Below, piece after piece: positions 29,601-37,267 of a DNA stretch of 40,927 nt. The stretch is from the NCBI GenBank assembly GCA_023265895.1, contig JAHFSE010000011.1, positions 1 through 40,927 on the forward strand, written 5' to 3'. Every line of letters begins with the position of its first letter. Position 1 is the first letter of the stretch. Made by a program: the position numbers and the translations under genes. The notes beneath the pieces were generated by a model. It saw only the letters and a list, made by a program, of their open reading frames with translations, ran no database searches and was not told the origin of the DNA. The stretch is from Gammaproteobacteria bacterium (GTDB taxonomy: Bacteria; Pseudomonadota; Gammaproteobacteria; Pseudomonadales; JAHFSE01).

Positions 29601-30919
29601 TTTTGATCCGCATCTTCACAGAGTTTAAAAACACGACGATTTAATTGAGTGGATTCAGAAAAAATGGTGTGAATACTGGATTCCATCTCACCCATAGCCG
29701 ATTTTAATGTTTGCATTTCATATCGTTGTTCTTCTTGAAGATCTGTTTTTTGTAATACTTTCTCCATCACCTCTTGCGCTACGATTTGTAAGTGCTGATT
29801 TTCAGCATTCATGACTTGCATATCAGAAGTTTGCTTTTCTATATTCTCACGCACAGACTGAACGAGAGTTAATGAATCGCTAGCATCTTTTGCTGCCTTT
29901 AAAGCAGCAGATTTTGCTAATTCTATTTGCGCTAATGTAGATTCAACCAAAATAGATGCAGATTGATTTTGCTTTCTTTGATCTTGAAATTCACCTTTTA
30001 AAATCTCAACATGTTGCTTCATTAATTGCATATCACGATGCAATCGACGACTTTCATCTACATAGTTTTGACTTTCTTGTAATGAGGCTTGTAAATATTT
30101 TTTAGCTGCTAATATTTCTTGTTCTGATTGCACCTTTAACTCTGCACATTGGCGATTCACCGCTTCTATTGAAAATAAACTGCGCTGACTTTTTTCAGCC
30201 GTAGCTATCCAATCACCTACTTCTTTTTCTAAACTCATTTTTTCTTGTAATACTAGGTCTTTTGCTTCAGCGCACTCTATCATGGCTTGATTAGCTAATT
30301 GCAACGATTGCTGGGCCAAATTTTTAGAATGATCGACTGTCTGCGTTAATTGAATAATTTGTTGTTCCAGCTCAGCAGTATTTTGATGTTTTGCTTCAGC
30401 ACGCGTCATTAATTCTAGAACTCTTGCTCTTTCTTGCTCAATATCCTGTTTAAGAGCACGTAATTCGTAATTGTCACTTTTAGCGACATGTTGAATGCTA
30501 TCAACATCATGAAGTTGTCGCTGCAATTGACTTGTTATTTGGTAATGTTGCTGATTTAAACGTTCAACCAACTCATTCACATTACCTAATTCAGCATGTA
30601 ACCGCGTGGATTCTTTGAATAAATATTTTGCCTCAGCTAATTCTTTTTGTGCCTGCTCAACAAATAATGCCACTTCACTTTGAATATTTTTTTTACCTTG
30701 ACTGAGTAAATCTTGAATTTCTTCTTCATCTATTTTCGATTTTTCTTGAATCATTGCAGCATTTGGACGTACAGACTGGGTAAAGAAAATGCGCCCATTC
30801 ATATCTGAAGTTGATGTTGCAGCACTGGTTTCAGTAGGTGAATTTTTATCTAATCTAATAGAACGAGAAAACAGTGATCTAATTCGATGTTGCTGTTCTG
30901 AAGTATGATCATTTGACAT
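23654..30919 (-). CDS. giant (2421 aa) Gln/Glu/Leu-rich coiled-coil protein with a single C-terminal transmembrane anchor
   Basis: Uninterrupted 7266-nt ORF. SD AAGGA is 9 nt upstream of ATG 30919. No signal peptide. Only one hydrophobic helix, SLLLSLGFILALIPAG (nt 23720-23782 including flanks), 21 aa from the C-terminus. No enzymatic motif recognised. Confidence 0.85.
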   Translation of the reverse strand: MSNDHTSEQQHRIRSLFSRSIRLDKNSPTETSAATSTSDMNGRIFFTQSVRPNAAMIQEKSKIDEEEIQDLLSQGKKNIQSEVALFVEQAQKELAEAKYLFKESTRLHAELGNVNELVERLNQQHYQITSQLQRQLHDVDSIQHVAKSDNYELRALKQDIEQERARVLELMTRAEAKHQNTAELEQQIIQLTQTVDHSKNLAQQSLQLANQAMIECAEAKDLVLQEKMSLEKEVGDWIATAEKSQRSLFSIEAVNRQCAELKVQSEQEILAAKKYLQASLQESQNYVDESRRLHRDMQLMKQHVEILKGEFQDQRKQNQSASILVESTLAQIELAKSAALKAAKDASDSLTLVQSVRENIEKQTSDMQVMNAENQHLQIVAQEVMEKVLQKTDLQEEQRYEMQTLKSAMGEMESSIHTIFSESTQLNRRVFKLCEDADQKKLLLQHYLDSAQGFDRRLEDQLSSIKQDKQALDQFFSDARQHLKNLEESTEQACQTKIQVEHSLQSMLKDQQYWTALKCEANELINQFQQKFKTQEMQWSRVEALIEGHQQKEIILNELCEKAQSLHNKAEFFQVESQQSLQGLLSDIQILRQDVQKTHQVIESHELTNTKLSYLASEQEQLLSEQLEKSKAFQAQFSELLLQASEQRNISVALHHQVNDVLQRCEQLNAASSEDRAVDLETTRVLKAEMQHLLEQMHAQNERSKNDSDALNQVYHECVRLQVEVVDGLQKVEVRDVQLEETKRAFLSEISNHQNQLNLANQDLSQLFEKLNQLIHRSDEQLKSGFDQQEDMRLSFDILMSQMESYRHESEQMQEKINFMVRSAEKSQDTAYQLTRAVENQLAVQQQEFIAISEEVSEVSDKAKIALVIAESHASTVLGFQQKFSDMMIQSESHQQHFNELYEQMHSVLIQCESINKNIAEEKLLSQSDYQEFKDEVVQLLNQVNQQNDMTNQLSSELVRAHQFCLQLQDQIAQESRVNEGHSERLEFIQKTFLSDLLSHQSVLDAANQDLMKLFDQVNHLVLRADQQLQSSSEQKLELKNDFKQLEEKIQQQYYESEALKINIYEMFDHVQKIHLDTRDLHEKTVAQQECLHQIKDEVNDIKDHAKLVLTVSESNNQKIIEFQNRFSDLTVQAEEQRKQANLLHDMVHGMVMENTALKNQVVDRFGEERQANEVLKSEMQNLLERVAGQNAVTQSIADEMARIYHECQSLQQATLAESERGEMHSQQIDAMQQNFLDEMSQYKTQLEVTRQDLAELFYKVNELMSCASEQLNQGQQQKEAMNFLFEEKFSVLLNQAQLQESQCNALHGRADELFSKCESLNISVKDYVDTGRSEHQAFRVELADLLNKIGEQNSSTQALSHDIHHVYQECLAMQENYALSGQRDEQRAVQLESMRSYFLEALNQQKTEVNASQKELLNLFEKVNQLVQCSDEQIQVGIQQQLEMKETFHELLDQVNTYYGKAEHTQQQVEAMLAAVELTHAKAHDLTEKTEAQSIQLNQLTQDNAHFAALIEKTYSNYQQLQTKCSEDSESQAQSAEQMKNMQKNIADLLKESKDLLMLSDTQKNQFETLVKANELSQIQTQEALIGSQTLYQKSQNLHAEYTKKLSQLRDIAHHLKNQQEQYKLIVERQNAQCQSVETNVESFKQSCSVQQAEFIHSVDNKLIELNALSEMNRKTQRVVLEGLKSIRDLDEKINLNLLEHQKQQEKISEINASLFDQQQNIHQGIKEGSELRHLAGLVLTECRGLVDQGAHQKTEVDALLQQHQQKMEVYRNALDTLHFASEQALISATEMHKKTDDSMVWMQSCREEMQVICTRAEEVTSASTATHEACQTLQKQVENTHALMLEQQATVEVLSFSMNNSVQQVHSIQEELVELKSDNQKLLCSAKEILKTVSAQQEVMDRKSVSDEVQRKELQKIIDLYESMKTSSEAMFAQQQADQLVFNQQQQTSQTILAEAKNLTAINQHTQQVVLENIDQVQLFQANIHDQQALLTQQQRSITALQETLTAKHLELEHIIANSVSTQQVTASQMQKTRDLLNESHELWKKLQTVEQQFLHYSGATQEHVQQAIEVRSSCQSMYHDMDQQVQKVSAWIQKIEQKYQQTESLLNSAQAYSDSAEQNSKKWEQAKELLNAMAVHVNECLSKTQQAEQQVQQQLQQAQQVQDGSAQFQQEQVYWNGQANRQFSELREYATLVRQELESNQSMHQQVETWMQQFESKLQQVGVTAMESQQFMQALAQREQAWVKRLDQSELQHRELVLQVTELHRQLVQVKDTHQDASAPLVKQLQDAMQAMNREYQNIFTALTHEVAELKKQSLSPMTPAREPVVLKPLMESNKVHDRIKQLEQHMQLLNQHTGENSAAQLGELTRMVGGDGQRPFKSLLLSLGFILALIPAGHSLKESSTHDAPKVTQVAISSVIR

Positions 30920-31010
30920 GGTTGCAAATCCTTACGGCCTATTTCTCTGTCTGTGCTATATGCAGGTAGAAGCCCTTCACTTGAGGGGCAACGCTTAGGA
31001 TTTGCAACCA
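30919..31010 (-). promoter_or_regulatory. 5' leader long-range stem occluding the SD/AUG of the giant ORF
   Basis: GGTTGCAAATCCT (30920-30932) is the perfect reverse complement of AGGATTTGCAACC (30997-31009), and 30919/31010 also pair. An inner hairpin lies at 30972-30989. Confidence 0.5.
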
Positions 31011-31131
31011 CCATACCAGCATTCATTTTGATGTTTTAATAGCAATACTTCGCCTTTTTAATGCATTTATTGCGGTAAAAAAGCGGATAATTTGACACTC
31101 AAAGGAATATTAAAATAATCAGTAGCCAGAA

Positions 31132-32463
31132 TTATGACGCTTTAAAAATCAGCAAGGCATTATGCCCACCAAAAGCAAAGGATTGACTGATTGCATGCCT
31201 ACAGGTCAAAGAATAATTTTGAGTAGGCAAAATAAAAGGCGCTATGGGTTGTTGTAAATGTGCGTTCCCATGTACTTGCTGATCTAACAAAGACTGTATT
31301 GTGACAATCGCTTCAATGGCACCAGATGCACCGATCGCATGACCCATCCAACCTTTGGTTGAATTGACCACGACCTTATCACCAAATAATTGTGTGATGA
31401 CTTGGCTCTCTACTGCATCATTTTTTTCAGTGCCAGTACCGTGGGCATTAATATATTGAATAGCCTGCGCAGTTAACCCTGCTTCTGTTAATCCTTGCTG
31501 AATTAAGTGAATTAATTCACGACCCGAGGGATCAGGAATCACTAAATGATAGGCATCAAAAGATTCTGCATAAGCAACAATTTCAGCTAACGGCTTGACG
31601 CTATCACCCCATTGCTGGCGTTGTTGAAGACAATCGGCAGTTTCTAACAATAGAATACCAGCCCCACCTTCGGAAAATAAAAAACCATCCCGCTGTTGAT
31701 CGAAGGGTTTACAACTTTGATCTATGGGATTTGCTGCTGAAGTTAAAGCACCCATGCGATCAAAGGCTCGAAAACAAGCCCCCACATCATCACCTAACAT
31801 TTCTGCGCCTCCCACAATAGCCATATCTAACTGACCATTTCTAAGGGCGCGATAGGCTTCGCCTAAAGCAACAGTGCCGCTGGCACAGGCTTGACAATAG
31901 GTTTTCACTGGGCCGTGAATACCATAACGAATGGCTATGGCTGCTGCAATTGCGTTAGGCATTTGTCGAGGCACTGTGAGTCGATTGGCTTCCGTAACGT
32001 GAGGAAATAACAGAGGTATATTAGTCGACGATGATTGCGAGGATTTCTCTTTAAAATGATGATAAGCATTGGCTAAGGTTGTGGTCACACCACCAATGCC
32101 TGTCCCCATAAAAACACCGATACGATGAGGATGAATAGAACCATCCTTTGCAGATAAGCGCTCTGATAATCCTGCTTGTTGCAGCGCTTCCGCCACACCT
32201 ATCATCGCCATTAATGTCACTGGATCATACTGCAACAAATCCATTTTTTTATAACCCCACTGAGTGGGATTCAATGGCGGCAAAGGCACATAGACCTGAC
32301 TCACATAACGATGTCTATCAGTCCAGTGTGTGGGAATGGGTTGAATGACAGAAGTTTGCGCTAGAAGATTTTGCCACAGACAGTCAACGCCAGCGCCATA
32401 AACTGTATAAGCGCCTAGACCCGTAGCAAAAACTTGAACATGTGATGATGTCATAACAGTCAA
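31132..32463 (-). CDS. beta-ketoacyl-ACP synthase, FabF/KAS II-like
   Basis: Cys-His-His triad motifs CQACASGTVALGEA, INAHGTGTEKND and GHAIGASGAIEA. C-terminal FAFGGHNALLIF. Confidence 0.9.
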   Translation of the reverse strand: MTVMTSSHVQVFATGLGAYTVYGAGVDCLWQNLLAQTSVIQPIPTHWTDRHRYVSQVYVPLPPLNPTQWGYKKMDLLQYDPVTLMAMIGVAEALQQAGLSERLSAKDGSIHPHRIGVFMGTGIGGVTTTLANAYHHFKEKSSQSSSTNIPLLFPHVTEANRLTVPRQMPNAIAAAIAIRYGIHGPVKTYCQACASGTVALGEAYRALRNGQLDMAIVGGAEMLGDDVGACFRAFDRMGALTSAANPIDQSCKPFDQQRDGFLFSEGGAGILLLETADCLQQRQQWGDSVKPLAEIVAYAESFDAYHLVIPDPSGRELIHLIQQGLTEAGLTAQAIQYINAHGTGTEKNDAVESQVITQLFGDKVVVNSTKGWMGHAIGASGAIEAIVTIQSLLDQQVHGNAHLQQPIAPFILPTQNYSLTCRHAISQSFAFGGHNALLIFKAS

Positions 32464-32479
32464 TGTAATTTCATGAAAA

Positions 32480-32749
32480 TCAGACAGAGGAATCCAATGA
32501 CTGTGCTTTCAATTGCTGCATCACTAATTGCACCACATCTTGAAAAGTAACTAATTGAGTTAATTTTTCTTCATCCAGATCTTGGCCCAACTCAGCCTCC
32601 AGTAACGTCACTAAACTGACCACATCAAAGGAATCCAACCCTAAATCCTGCACCAATCGAGTATCTGGAGTAATTTTTTCCCGCTCAATATTCATTTCTT
32701 CGGCAATCAAATTTTTTACCATTTGTGCCACTTCATCCATGGTTTGCAT
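32480..32749 (-). CDS. stand-alone acyl carrier protein
   Basis: The track ORF extends to 32905, but SD AAGGAG lies 7 nt upstream of the internal ATG 32749. Phosphopantetheine site DLGLDSFDVVSLV. 89 aa, acidic. Confidence 0.85.
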   Translation of the reverse strand: MQTMDEVAQMVKNLIAEEMNIEREKITPDTRLVQDLGLDSFDVVSLVTLLEAELGQDLDEEKLTQLVTFQDVVQLVMQQLKAQSLDSSV

Positions 32750-32802
32750 ACAACATCTCCTTGCTGTTAATACACTTCGCTGACATCTCCCAATCAAACA
32801 TT

Positions 32803-34869
32803 TTATTCGGTATATAAAAACCACAGGGGCGCATAAGTCACGATCAATAAAGTGATACCCATGACGGCCAAAGGTAATAACCAATATTCTCGGCGATACC
32901 ACCAATGCTGCTCAACCTGTGTAAAAGCAAGTGACGATTCCTGATCACCCACGACTTGTCGAGTTAACAAACGGTTTAAAGCTACCGGTGGACTTAAATA
33001 ACCTAATTCAAAGGCCACTAAGGTCATCATCCAAAAATGTACAGGAATAACACCCTGCTTATACGCCAACGGTGCCAAGGAACCTGTGACTAAAACAACT
33101 GCGCCGAAAGGGTCCATAATCATACCAATCACCACTAACGCCGCTAAGAAATAGGTCATACTCAACCACAATTCATTCGCCATCGGAAATACTGAAAATA
33201 TATCAGAGCGCCCAATCGCGCCACCGGTCACAAAGGATAAACCCATTAATAAAATTAAAGCGCCGATATGCACCGTAGTATCGGTCGTTGCTTCTCGAAT
33301 GGTTTGTTCAAACGAGCTTGCTTGAATCCTCTCTGACGTCGTTGCTTGTAATTTTTTCGCAAAAAATTTCTCATACACCAACCAACTTAATACCACGACG
33401 GGCAAAATCAATGGTGCAGAAAATTCATTAAGGTGAGTACCCAGCAATAAACCATATCCCAAAGCAATCACAGCAAAAATAACAACATAAGGCATCAGAC
33501 GCCCGATTGCTTGTAATGAAGGCAACAACGCTGTTTTAGGTGAAGCCAATACCCAGGGCGTTTTTTTAGTTAAAAACGCCATGATAAAAAAGATCACAGC
33601 ACTCAACAAAAATACATTCACCCCCCAAGCATATAATTGATCCGTCACCACTTCTTTATTTAGAGCAGCGATTAATACCACGAGTAAACAAGGATACAAC
33701 ACCACACCAGAACTACCTGTCATAGCTGTTACTGCTAAAGCTAACTGACGACGGGCACCGACTCGGCGTAATTCTTGATATACCACAGCACCCATAGCAA
33801 TAATAATAATTCCAGAGGCACCGGTATAAGCAGTGGGCACTGCCATCACAATAATTGCAACCAAGGCCAATAATTCAGGCGGTAATTGCCAAGGCTTAAA
33901 AACACTAAAAACCAGCTGGCCCAGTTGCGTTCGCTTTAACAACATGCCGACCCAAATATACAGCCCAACATTTAAAAACATTTTTGCCTGTTCTAAAATT
34001 TGGCTGAAAAAAATCGCAATGCCTGCAAAGTGATGTTCGACATAAAAAAAGTAAGTTCCAGCGATAAAAGACATATAAACGTAAAGCGGCACTGTTAATA
34101 AAGCATGTCCCCAAGACGCATTTTCCTTAGGTAAATCGGCTGCACCTTTCATTAATTGGTAGAGATTGGTTAATAATAAACTAGCAAATCCAGCGATTAA
34201 TAAGATGTAAACCGCTGGATCTGTGACGGCAACACCGGAAGCATAAATTGATTTTCGATAACTCCAGGCAGCAATTAACAAAATACTGTGACTTAAAATA
34301 CTAGCGCTATTACAGACATAATAATCCAGTCGTGAGCTCACTACTCTAAACGAAATATGATGTTGAGTTCGAGATGCAGTTAATGCACAAACCCATAACA
34401 ACAAAAGTAAAATGACTTCCTGTTGGTCGGTGACAAATAAATTAAAGCCAGCAATATAATATTCGACCGAACGAAACACTTTAACGGCAGGCGTTAAATC
34501 ACGCAGCGTTTGTTGATAAACCTGATGCTGTTGCTGACACACCACTTGCTGACGTTGTAGAGAAATCCGTGCAGCATCACGATTAAAGGGTTCATCTGCT
34601 GACAACAAATCAATTTCATCACTACTGCTGACGCCGGATTGTGTCGCTAATTGATCTAATGCAGCATTAATATTTGCATGGGCATCGCAGCTAGGTTTGA
34701 CGGGGTCAATTCGTAGAACAAAATAATCATCCCATAACCAATGGCCTATTTTGAGAAATTCTGCATGCAAATAACTGCTGGTACCCGCAATCAAAACACA
34801 GACCAATAAAATCACCGCGGGAAAAGAAGAAAACCATTCTCGAGCGGAGCGATTCTTAATCATTTTCAT
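32803..34869 (-). CDS. TRAP transporter fused permease (DctQ-like N-terminal part + DctM large subunit)
   Basis: 688 aa and polytopic. AVPTAYTGASGIIIIAMGAVVYQELRRVG...AVTAMTGSSGVVLYP and DPFGAVVLVTGSLAPLAYKQGVIPVHFWMMTLVAFELGYLSPPVALN resemble the conserved DctM regions. The N-terminal ~300 aa has 4 TM with a ~110-aa loop. Confidence 0.75.
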   Translation of the reverse strand: MKMIKNRSAREWFSSFPAVILLVCVLIAGTSSYLHAEFLKIGHWLWDDYFVLRIDPVKPSCDAHANINAALDQLATQSGVSSSDEIDLLSADEPFNRDAARISLQRQQVVCQQQHQVYQQTLRDLTPAVKVFRSVEYYIAGFNLFVTDQQEVILLLLLWVCALTASRTQHHISFRVVSSRLDYYVCNSASILSHSILLIAAWSYRKSIYASGVAVTDPAVYILLIAGFASLLLTNLYQLMKGAADLPKENASWGHALLTVPLYVYMSFIAGTYFFYVEHHFAGIAIFFSQILEQAKMFLNVGLYIWVGMLLKRTQLGQLVFSVFKPWQLPPELLALVAIIVMAVPTAYTGASGIIIIAMGAVVYQELRRVGARRQLALAVTAMTGSSGVVLYPCLLVVLIAALNKEVVTDQLYAWGVNVFLLSAVIFFIMAFLTKKTPWVLASPKTALLPSLQAIGRLMPYVVIFAVIALGYGLLLGTHLNEFSAPLILPVVVLSWLVYEKFFAKKLQATTSERIQASSFEQTIREATTDTTVHIGALILLMGLSFVTGGAIGRSDIFSVFPMANELWLSMTYFLAALVVIGMIMDPFGAVVLVTGSLAPLAYKQGVIPVHFWMMTLVAFELGYLSPPVALNRLLTRQVVGDQESSLAFTQVEQHWWYRREYWLLPLAVMGITLLIVTYAPLWFLYTE

Positions 34870-34895
34870 ATAATTTTTTGATCCAAAGCAACGCC

Positions 34896-34917
34896 CCCTC
34901 TTTTTTGAAAGAGAGGG
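34896..34917 (-). other. intercistronic hairpin between the SBP and permease genes
   Basis: CCCTCTTTT / AAAGAGAGGG gives 9 bp with one bulged base and a 3-nt loop. The C-run/T-run/A-run/G-run design matches the hom-thrC hairpins. Confidence 0.5.
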
Positions 34918-34951
34918 CAGGGGAAGTTAAACTGATCACCGACAACTTTAA

Positions 34952-35968
34952 TTATTCTCGATCAGGCGCGGTACATTCCGAACCCGTGGGCTCCAAATTA
35001 CAGCGCACTTTTCTGAGCAGGGTTAACATTTTAGCGTCATAAATTCCTTTATTACGCAATTCAATGCGCGCTTTTCTAAACATCTCTCGATAGCCTCGTT
35101 GGTGTTCATCGGAGACAGCAATCCACCAACGATCGGCAATGGTTTTATCGGCTTTAGTCACCACCTGCATAATAGTGTCATAACGACTAAAACCATAGGC
35201 GCGAGATTTTTCACCAAATCCTGCAGGAAAATCTTTTTGTCGAATTAATACTTGAAGCGACAACTGCCCTACTGCAAACTTAACGACACCACCCTTGGGT
35301 TCCAGACCTTTATACAATTCCATGGCTTGATAGACCACCGCAGGCCCAACACAAACATCCACTGAACCATTATTAAATTGACTGTACATTCCCGCAATGG
35401 ATGCACTCACAGGAGAAGCGCCTAATTTTAAAACCAATTCTCGCTGAGAAGAATCGGCTTCAAATACTGCGAAACGCTTACCGGACAAATCATTCACTGT
35501 TTTTAAATTACGATCTTTTAAATATAAATACACAGCGCCACCAGGCGCTAACATGGCTACTTCATATTCACCACGCTTCATCAATGCAGCCGCTTTAGGC
35601 TCAGATAAAATTTTCATGACGGTTTTTACATGGGCATACGTAGGCATCGCACCGACGGAATCTAACGTACCTGTGAATGGATTAAATTGACGACCTCGCG
35701 CACCGGTCAATCCCACTGCATCACAGGCACCGGATTTAAAATCTTCTGCAGCCACACGTTCATCGGTATAAGGTTTTACCGTAAATTTAACACCCCATTC
35801 TAACGCTGCCGCTTGATAGTCTTTCATTTGTTGAAAAACTGGGCCATTGCCACCAATCGGATCATAGACACAGAAAGTCTTATTGACTAACGCTTGTACT
35901 TGACTGACGCCTCCCAATAAACACACAGCAACGCACAAGATCCAACTACTTTTTATTCTCACAGTCAT
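34952..35968 (-). CDS. periplasmic solute-binding protein, TRAP DctP-like (probable)
   Basis: Signal peptide ...WILCVAVCLLGGVSQVQA. About 340 aa. ERVAAEDFKSGACDAVGLTGARGRQFNPFTGTLDSVG resembles the DctP E..AL..G.lD...... f.p pattern. Sits between the lipoprotein and the permease. Start is ambiguous (TTG 35977, ATG 35968, GTG 35962; the SD GAGGAG best fits GTG 35962). Confidence 0.55.
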   Translation of the reverse strand: MTVRIKSSWILCVAVCLLGGVSQVQALVNKTFCVYDPIGGNGPVFQQMKDYQAAALEWGVKFTVKPYTDERVAAEDFKSGACDAVGLTGARGRQFNPFTGTLDSVGAMPTYAHVKTVMKILSEPKAAALMKRGEYEVAMLAPGGAVYLYLKDRNLKTVNDLSGKRFAVFEADSSQRELVLKLGASPVSASIAGMYSQFNNGSVDVCVGPAVVYQAMELYKGLEPKGGVVKFAVGQLSLQVLIRQKDFPAGFGEKSRAYGFSRYDTIMQVVTKADKTIADRWWIAVSDEHQRGYREMFRKARIELRNKGIYDAKMLTLLRKVRCNLEPTGSECTAPDRE

Positions 35969-36005
35969 GCTCCTCAATCAGTCAATAATACAAGCTGCTC
36001 ACTTT

Positions 36006-37064
36006 TTATAAGTCATTCAGCTCAATACCTTTTATATCATCATTGGATTGAGCATCATCCCAAAATGTGCCCAACCCTTTTAGTGGGGTCCGAGTTCCCT
36101 TTGCTTCTGTCCATAACCGATCAGAAACAGCCTGTATTTGCTGCGTGGCTATTTCATCAAATAATTTAACAGCTGGATCTACGGGTACTTGCTGTTTTGC
36201 TTGTGCATGTTGACGAATCACTCGTTTCACTTCAGCCATGTTGCCCTGAGAAAGATAAGTTTGTAATTCTAACACCTGCGCTAAGCGGACGTGTTGATTT
36301 AAGCCTAAGGCAGATGCTTCAGCCAATCGTTGCAGCGGATGCTCGCCTTCTGGCGCAGCACCAGGAACCGCTGCCCATACCGCCGCTTGAATCGCCATCG
36401 GCATACCCCACCAACGTTGATTATCCAAACATTGTGCACCACGAGCCACTTTTTGCGGCGTATCCAGTGGTACACCAACAATTGTATCAGCACCTAAATC
36501 TGAGAAAGCGGCTTCTAATCCACTGAGTAATCCTGCAAACCAGAACAATTCATCCTGAGCATGATGAAAGCGAGGACAAACACTACCCGGCTCTCCCATG
36601 GCCTGAATCAAACTTAAATAACCTGCGTATTGGCGTTGAGCAGCTTGACCCAGTAAGCGTTTTTGCTGAATACGCGCGTCTTGTGCTTCGATGGCATTCC
36701 CTTGTTTTAACGCACGCAAATAACGCAGCTCCGCTTCCCAAGCCTGAGTCTCCGCACAACTACCAGACATCATATTCATCAGAATTTTTAATTTTTCCGG
36801 TGATGCCGTCACAGTACCAAAAGAAGCTAGGAAAGGTCCAAAAGCCTGACTCAAAGCACACGCTGCTTCGGGGTCATCAGTGGTTAATAAATAAGGAATT
36901 GCGTGCGATTGAGAATATCCCGTCAATAAATCGCCCGTGCTGCGATAGACCAAACTACAACCACTCATCAGGAATAAGCATGCAAGCAAAAGAAAAACAC
37001 CGCAGCACCGTTTTAGCAAAGTAGGGATCCATCCTGCATTAGCCTGTGCGATGTTCTGTTTCAT
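36006..37064 (-). CDS. all-helical lipoprotein, TRAP T-component (TatT)-like (tentative)
   Basis: Track start is TTG 37076; GGAG lies 6 nt before ATG 37064. Lipobox LFLMSGC. Helix-rich, Ala/Leu/Gln-rich, about 350 aa. First gene of the TRAP cluster, as in TPR-protein-associated TRAP systems. The family assignment comes from architecture and context, not from verified homology. Confidence 0.45.
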   Translation of the reverse strand: MKQNIAQANAGWIPTLLKRCCGVFLLLACLFLMSGCSLVYRSTGDLLTGYSQSHAIPYLLTTDDPEAACALSQAFGPFLASFGTVTASPEKLKILMNMMSGSCAETQAWEAELRYLRALKQGNAIEAQDARIQQKRLLGQAAQRQYAGYLSLIQAMGEPGSVCPRFHHAQDELFWFAGLLSGLEAAFSDLGADTIVGVPLDTPQKVARGAQCLDNQRWWGMPMAIQAAVWAAVPGAAPEGEHPLQRLAEASALGLNQHVRLAQVLELQTYLSQGNMAEVKRVIRQHAQAKQQVPVDPAVKLFDEIATQQIQAVSDRLWTEAKGTRTPLKGLGTFWDDAQSNDDIKGIELNDL

Positions 37065-37267
37065 GCGAAGCTCCAACCAAATCCATTATTCAATATTTTT
37101 GTTACGTGCACATTCTAGCGGTCATTTAAACCAAGCTCAGCATTGTACCCAGCCTATCCATGAACTCAAGAGATAATCCGCGGCAAGTGATTTGAAAGCC
37201 TCACAAAACCAGGTATCCTCGCCGCTCTAGAGCTATTAAATTTAATTTTTTACGCGCGGCACAAGGA

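Noticed and set aside
32750-32905. 52-codon N-terminal extension of the ACP ORF (track start 32905)
   Set aside because: The extension overlaps the 3' end of the permease gene and is Cys/Arg-rich non-ACP sequence. A strong SD AAGGAG precedes the internal ATG 32749.
37180-37225. Possible Moco riboswitch in the leader of the molybdopterin oxidoreductase gene (stem GCGGCAAG / CTCGCCGC around GAAAGCCTC)
   Set aside because: Only one imperfect stem was found, and I cannot reproduce the multi-helix Moco consensus by eye. A covariance-model search (Rfam Moco_RNA_motif) would be needed, so I make no claim.
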